Positions 60,040-64,000 of a stretch of 64,000 nt of DNA are shown here, one piece after another. The stretch is taken from positions 31,384 to 95,383 of the forward strand of contig CBDBHE010000001.1 in assembly GCA_965205605.1 (NCBI GenBank), read 5' to 3'. This stretch comes from Spirochaetota bacterium. Lineage in GTDB: Bacteria > Spirochaetota > UBA12135 > COTS27 > CBDBHE01. Position 1 is the stretch's first letter, and the number at the start of each line of letters is the position of its first letter. Made by a program: the position numbers and the translations under genes. The notes under the pieces were generated by a model that did not search any database, was not told the DNA's origin, and worked only from the letters and a program-made list of their open reading frames with translations.

Positions 60040-60220
60040 GTCATTCAAATGATATAATGATTGTGTGAATGGTCTTATTACAAATTATATATTAGGGATT
60101 CTAAAATCATTATTAGTTAAAGTTATCCCTGGAGGATTTCTAATGCCAATATTTGAAGAAACCCACTTGGAAACATTTATATAAAGGCTCATTCACATGA
60201 TTTTTATATTTTTGAATGAC
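60040..60220 (+). ncRNA. ssrS: Probable 6S RNA
   Basis: 181-nt rod: ~35-bp closing stem (60040-60076/60184-60220) with five G-U pairs only on + strand, symmetric ~18-nt central bubble, apical stem GGG/CCC, UUCU/AGAA, CAUUA/UAAUG, AUCC/GGAU. Confidence 0.68.
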
Positions 60221-60252
60221 ACTATTCTACCTTTTTAATTTTCGTATTAATC

Positions 60253-61194
60253 ATGATAAAGATAAAACAATCCATGCCTAATATTTTAACTCTTCTAAGT
60301 CTTTTCTTGGGATTTAGTTCTATTTTATTTTCTATTCAAGCAGTTAATGATCTTTATTTGTATCAAATTATTGAAACAGAAAACCTTAAAGAAAAAGCAG
60401 ATATTTTTATACGAAATATCAAACTTATCGAAACCCCTAGTCCCAAAAAATACTTATTTTATTCAGGGTTATTCATTATATTTGCAACATTTTGTGACTT
60501 TTTAGATGGTTTTACTGCCAAAATACTTAAAACAAAAACACTTTTTGGAAAACAATTAGATTCACTTTCAGATTTAGTTAGTTTTGGAATTGCACCTGGA
60601 GTTTTATTTTATACCGTTACTTTATTTGCAGGAGAATTTATTCCAAAATCAGGAATTGTTTATTATATCCCTTCCATTACTCCAAATATTTTTATTAAAA
60701 ATTTATTAGCTATTAAGCTAATTGCTTTTTTATTTCCTATTTGTGTTATTATTCGTTTAGCTTATTTTAATACTAAAGTTCAATCTAAAAATTATTTTTC
60801 TGGACTTCCTTCCACCTATGCGGGAGGAATGGTTGCTCTTGCTTTTAGTTTTAACTTTTATTTAATGCCTATTGAAATTTTTCTAAAAAAAATAAATTTA
60901 ATAATTCCTTTAAATTTTTCTTTTAATTATATTAGTTCTTTATTTGATAATTTTTTACTTCTTTTTATTATCTACGTAGTCTTAGCAATCTTAATGCTTT
61001 CTAACAAAATCTTTTTTTATAAAATTTCTTTCTTTTTAAAAAAATTAACAAATAAAAAACTAATATTTAGCTTTTTAATTCCATTTCTATTTTTTGGAGT
61101 ATTGTTTTTTAAATATTTTCTTTTGATACTAGCTCTTAGTTATTTAATTTATTGTCTTTTTAATTATAGTTTTAATTTTTTTCTAAAAAAATAG
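60253..61194 (+). CDS. pssA: CDP-alcohol phosphatidyltransferase (phosphatidylserine synthase-like)
   Basis: PNILTL, DFLDGFTAK...FGKQLDSLSDLVSFGIAP, RLAYFN, FSGLPS. Confidence 0.88.
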   Translation: MIKIKQSMPNILTLLSLFLGFSSILFSIQAVNDLYLYQIIETENLKEKADIFIRNIKLIETPSPKKYLFYSGLFIIFATFCDFLDGFTAKILKTKTLFGKQLDSLSDLVSFGIAPGVLFYTVTLFAGEFIPKSGIVYYIPSITPNIFIKNLLAIKLIAFLFPICVIIRLAYFNTKVQSKNYFSGLPSTYAGGMVALAFSFNFYLMPIEIFLKKINLIIPLNFSFNYISSLFDNFLLLFIIYVVLAILMLSNKIFFYKISFFLKKLTNKKLIFSFLIPFLFFGVLFFKYFLLILALSYLIYCLFNYSFNFFLKK

Positions 61195-61234
61195 AGTTTT
61201 AATAAAATATTAAACTAAGTTAAATATTTAAAAA

Positions 61235-62203
61235 ATGAAAACAAAAAACCTCATCAACCATATTAAAAATTTTAAAAAAGTAAACATCGCTATTATTGGA
61301 GACATTATATTAGATTCCTACCTCTATGGATCTGTAGATCGAATTTCACCAGAAGCCCCTGTTCCTATTTTTAAATTTCAAAAGCAAGAATATCGTCTAG
61401 GTGGTGCTAGCAATGTCGCCTATAATATTGCTAGTTTAGGTGGTCAAATTTCAATGGCGGGGATTATTGGAAATGATAACGATGGAAAATTAGTACAAAA
61501 AATTTTAAATGAAAAAAAAATTAATACAAAACTTCTTTTTTTTTCGAAAAGAAAAACTTCTATTAAAACAAGAATTGTTACAAAACAACAACAGCTTCTT
61601 AGAATTGATAACGAAGATACTAAAGCACTAAATGATCAAGAAATAAATTCTTTTTTTAAAAAAGCAACTCCTTATATAAAAAAATCAAATGCTCTTATTA
61701 TTTCTGACTATGGAAAAGGAGTGATTAATCAAAAAACTTTTAATAAAATAAAAAATACCATTAATCAAGAAAAGATATATACAGCCATTGATCCCAAAAA
61801 AAAAAATTTCTCTATTTACAAAGATATTGATATCATGACCCCTAACCACAAAGAAGCAAAAGAAAATATCGAGCTTCCTTTTAATACTGATAAAGAAGTT
61901 TTAGAAAATGGACCCAAAATTATAAAAAAACATAACTTAAAAGAACTACTTTTAACTAGAGGTAAAAAAGGCATGGTTCTTTTTGATAAAAAAAAAAAAC
62001 CTATTTTAATTCCAACATATGCAAAAGCAATCTACGATGTTAGTGGAGCAGGAGACACTGTTATAGCTGTTTTCACTTTAGCTAAAGCAGTTGGCGCTAC
62101 TTCAAAAGAAGCTGCTATTTTAGCCAATCTTGCTGCTAGTATTGTTATTTCAAAATTTGGGACAACAACATTAAATACCAAAGAATTATTAGAAGTAATA
62201 TAA
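61235..62203 (+). CDS. rfaE1: D-glycero-beta-D-manno-heptose-7-phosphate kinase (stand-alone RfaE domain I / HldA)
   Basis: GDIILDSY, RISPEAPVP, GGASNVA, SDYGKG, TPNHKEA, DVSGAGDTV. Confidence 0.94.
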   Translation: MKTKNLINHIKNFKKVNIAIIGDIILDSYLYGSVDRISPEAPVPIFKFQKQEYRLGGASNVAYNIASLGGQISMAGIIGNDNDGKLVQKILNEKKINTKLLFFSKRKTSIKTRIVTKQQQLLRIDNEDTKALNDQEINSFFKKATPYIKKSNALIISDYGKGVINQKTFNKIKNTINQEKIYTAIDPKKKNFSIYKDIDIMTPNHKEAKENIELPFNTDKEVLENGPKIIKKHNLKELLLTRGKKGMVLFDKKKKPILIPTYAKAIYDVSGAGDTVIAVFTLAKAVGATSKEAAILANLAASIVISKFGTTTLNTKELLEVI

Positions 62204-62225
62204 AAAATAAGAATAATATAAAAAT

Positions 62226-63305
62226 ATGGAAAAAAAAATAAGTAAAATTGCTGTTCTTCCTGGAGATGGTATTGGAACAGAAGTGATGCAACAAGCCATT
62301 AAAGTATTAGAAAAAATCAAACAACTAGATAAACTTTCAATTAAATACGAATATGAAGATGTCGGCGGAGCTGCTATTGATAAACATGGAGTCGCTCTTC
62401 CTAAAAAAACAATCAGTCTTTGTAAAAAATCAGATGCTATTTTATTTGGATCCGTAGGAGGCCCTAAGTGGGAATCTCTACCCATTGAAAAACAACCAGA
62501 AAGAGCTGCATTGCTTCCACTTAGAAAAAAATTCAATCTTTATGCTAATTTAAGACCTGTGAAAATTTACAAAGAACTTTTAGATAATTCTCCTATAAAA
62601 AAAGAAATTTTAAAAAATAATTTAAACCTTATTGTTATAAGAGAACTTTCAAGTGGCATTTATTTTGGAAAAAAAAAAAAAAAAAAAAAAATAGCTTATG
62701 ATGTAATGACATACCGTAAACATGAAATTGAAAGAATTGCCCATATGGCTTTTAAAATTGCCAAAAAAAGAAAAAAAAAATTAGTTTCTATTGATAAAGC
62801 AAATGTACTTTCTTCTATGGTTCTTTGGAGAGAAACAATAACAGAGATAGCTAAACAATACCCTGATATAAGTACAAGCCATTTATATGTTGATAATGCT
62901 TGTATGCAGCTTATCAAAAACCCAAGTCAATTTGATGTTATTTTATGTCCAAATATGTTTGGTGATATTATATCGGATGAATCTTCTGTTTTATCTTCAT
63001 CATTAGGAATGCTAGCATCAGCTAGTATAGGAATTAAAGATAATTTTGGTTTATACGAACCTATAGGAGGCAGTGCTCCTGATATTGCAGGAAAAAATAT
63101 AGCTAATCCAATTGCTCAAATACTTTCTTTAGCCATGCTTTTAGAATACAGTTTACATCACCAAAAAAGTGCAGAAAAAATTAAAATAGCTATTGAAAAA
63201 TTATTGAAAAAAGGCTATAAGACTGCTGATATGATTAATAATAATAACAAAACTAAACCCTTAGGTACAAATGAAATGGGAGATTTAATTTGTACCTTGT
63301 TATAA
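62226..63305 (+). CDS. leuB: 3-isopropylmalate dehydrogenase
   Basis: LPGDGIG, GSVGGPKW, NLYANLRP, DKANVL, NMFGDIISD, EPIGGSAPDIAG. Confidence 0.97.
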   Translation: MEKKISKIAVLPGDGIGTEVMQQAIKVLEKIKQLDKLSIKYEYEDVGGAAIDKHGVALPKKTISLCKKSDAILFGSVGGPKWESLPIEKQPERAALLPLRKKFNLYANLRPVKIYKELLDNSPIKKEILKNNLNLIVIRELSSGIYFGKKKKKKKIAYDVMTYRKHEIERIAHMAFKIAKKRKKKLVSIDKANVLSSMVLWRETITEIAKQYPDISTSHLYVDNACMQLIKNPSQFDVILCPNMFGDIISDESSVLSSSLGMLASASIGIKDNFGLYEPIGGSAPDIAGKNIANPIAQILSLAMLLEYSLHHQKSAEKIKIAIEKLLKKGYKTADMINNNNKTKPLGTNEMGDLICTLL

Positions 63306-63362
63306 AAAATATAAAAAAAAAATTAAAATTACAGATGATTTTATTTCTAAATTACTACCGAA

Positions 63363-63998
63363 TTACAAGAATTCATCATCACTATAATTTTCCTCTTCTT
63401 TTTTTTCTTTAGCTTTAGAGGAAGAGGAAGCTGATGATGGTGAAAAAGAAAAAAAACCATAGATAGTTTTTACTATTGACTCAATTCCATTTACAAGATT
63501 TTTATTCCAGGCAGTTTTATAAACAAGTGATAGTTCGTGATTTCCAATATAATTAAGAGCAAAAGCAATACGATAACCATAAGAAAAATAAATATTTTTA
63601 TTGTAATTATAAATAGTACCTGCCCCTAAATTAATTCCTTCATATCCATTGTCAAAATTAAATCCTAATAAAAAAGAAAAATTTTGATTATAATCGTAAA
63701 TTCCTAATAAGGATAATTTAAATTCCGATAAGTTTTCAGTTACTTGATTTATAGTTGCAACTTCTAAAAGAAGTTTAAAATTAGGCAAAAAACCTGTACC
63801 AAGATAACTCACTACCATCTCTAAAGGAGGTAATTCTCTATCAAAAACTTCCTCTGTGTTTATTGTTGGGGTAATACCAGAAATAACAAAAGAAACAGAA
63901 CTGGCATCATCTCGATAATTAATTGAATAAAAAATATTACCTAAACTTTGGTCAAAAGTATATTCTGCCCCAGATATATCCACAACTGAACTATAAGA
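63363..63998 (-). CDS. Putative outer-membrane beta-barrel protein (5' end outside window)
   Basis: Frame open to window edge; alternating aromatic beta strands (INLGAGTIYNY, FSYGYRIA, NHELSLVYK). Confidence 0.55.
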   Translation of the reverse strand, partial: SYSSVVDISGAEYTFDQSLGNIFYSINYRDDASSVSFVISGITPTINTEEVFDRELPPLEMVVSYLGTGFLPNFKLLLEVATINQVTENLSEFKLSLLGIYDYNQNFSFLLGFNFDNGYEGINLGAGTIYNYNKNIYFSYGYRIAFALNYIGNHELSLVYKTAWNKNLVNGIESIVKTIYGFFSFSPSSASSSSKAKEKKEEENYSDDEFL

Positions 63999-64000
63999 GG

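Noticed and set aside
60040-60220. Long inverted repeat as a MITE, attC site or retron ncRNA
   Set aside because: Mismatches are G-U compatible on one strand only, with no target duplication, no RYYYAAC/GTTRRRY ends and no RT nearby; a 6S-like fold fits better
1869-62917. Many short ORFs antisense to or nested in real genes (e.g. 1869-2159, 12696-13079, 22238-22759, 36581-36919, 62189-62536)
   Set aside because: Shadow frames of well-supported genes; biased composition and no motifs
1-64000. CRISPR array, rRNA, prophage, integrase, reverse transcriptase
   Set aside because: No regularly spaced repeats, rRNA-like sequence or such proteins seen

Overview
Very AT-rich bacterial chromosome segment, probably an aerobic Spirochaetota-like diderm (inferred from the DUF2225-truA, TrpR-like and DUF4954 genes). 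It is mostly housekeeping: pheT-zapB-zapA, aroA-aroK-aroC, rpmE2, truA, a sigma54 activator, alr, tsaB, xseA, a TRAP transporter, lspA, birA, nhaA, a double-length uvrA, pepP, prlC, a capD-like gene, pssA, rfaE1 and leuB. A free-standing tRNA-Ile/tRNA-Ala pair precedes a complete alternative complex III (actA-G) plus SCO and caa3-type oxidase operon. Signals the ORF track misses: (1) a ~78-nt minus-strand sRNA candidate at 25.8 kb with a sigma28-like promoter, an exposed CCUCCC anti-SD loop and its own terminator; (2) next to it, a secreted protein that looks like a catalytically dead caspase, and a sigma-like/anti-sigma-like pair; (3) transposase-less elements with IS1595-like inverted ends at 58.5-60.0 kb around an orphan membrane gene; (4) a probable 6S RNA at 60040-60220, far from zapA. 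About nine single-base frameshifts cluster at 38.4-41.1 kb, with more in lspA and upstream of capD; these are most likely consensus errors. No CRISPR array, rRNA, integrase or intact transposase was seen. All calls are by eye, without database searches.
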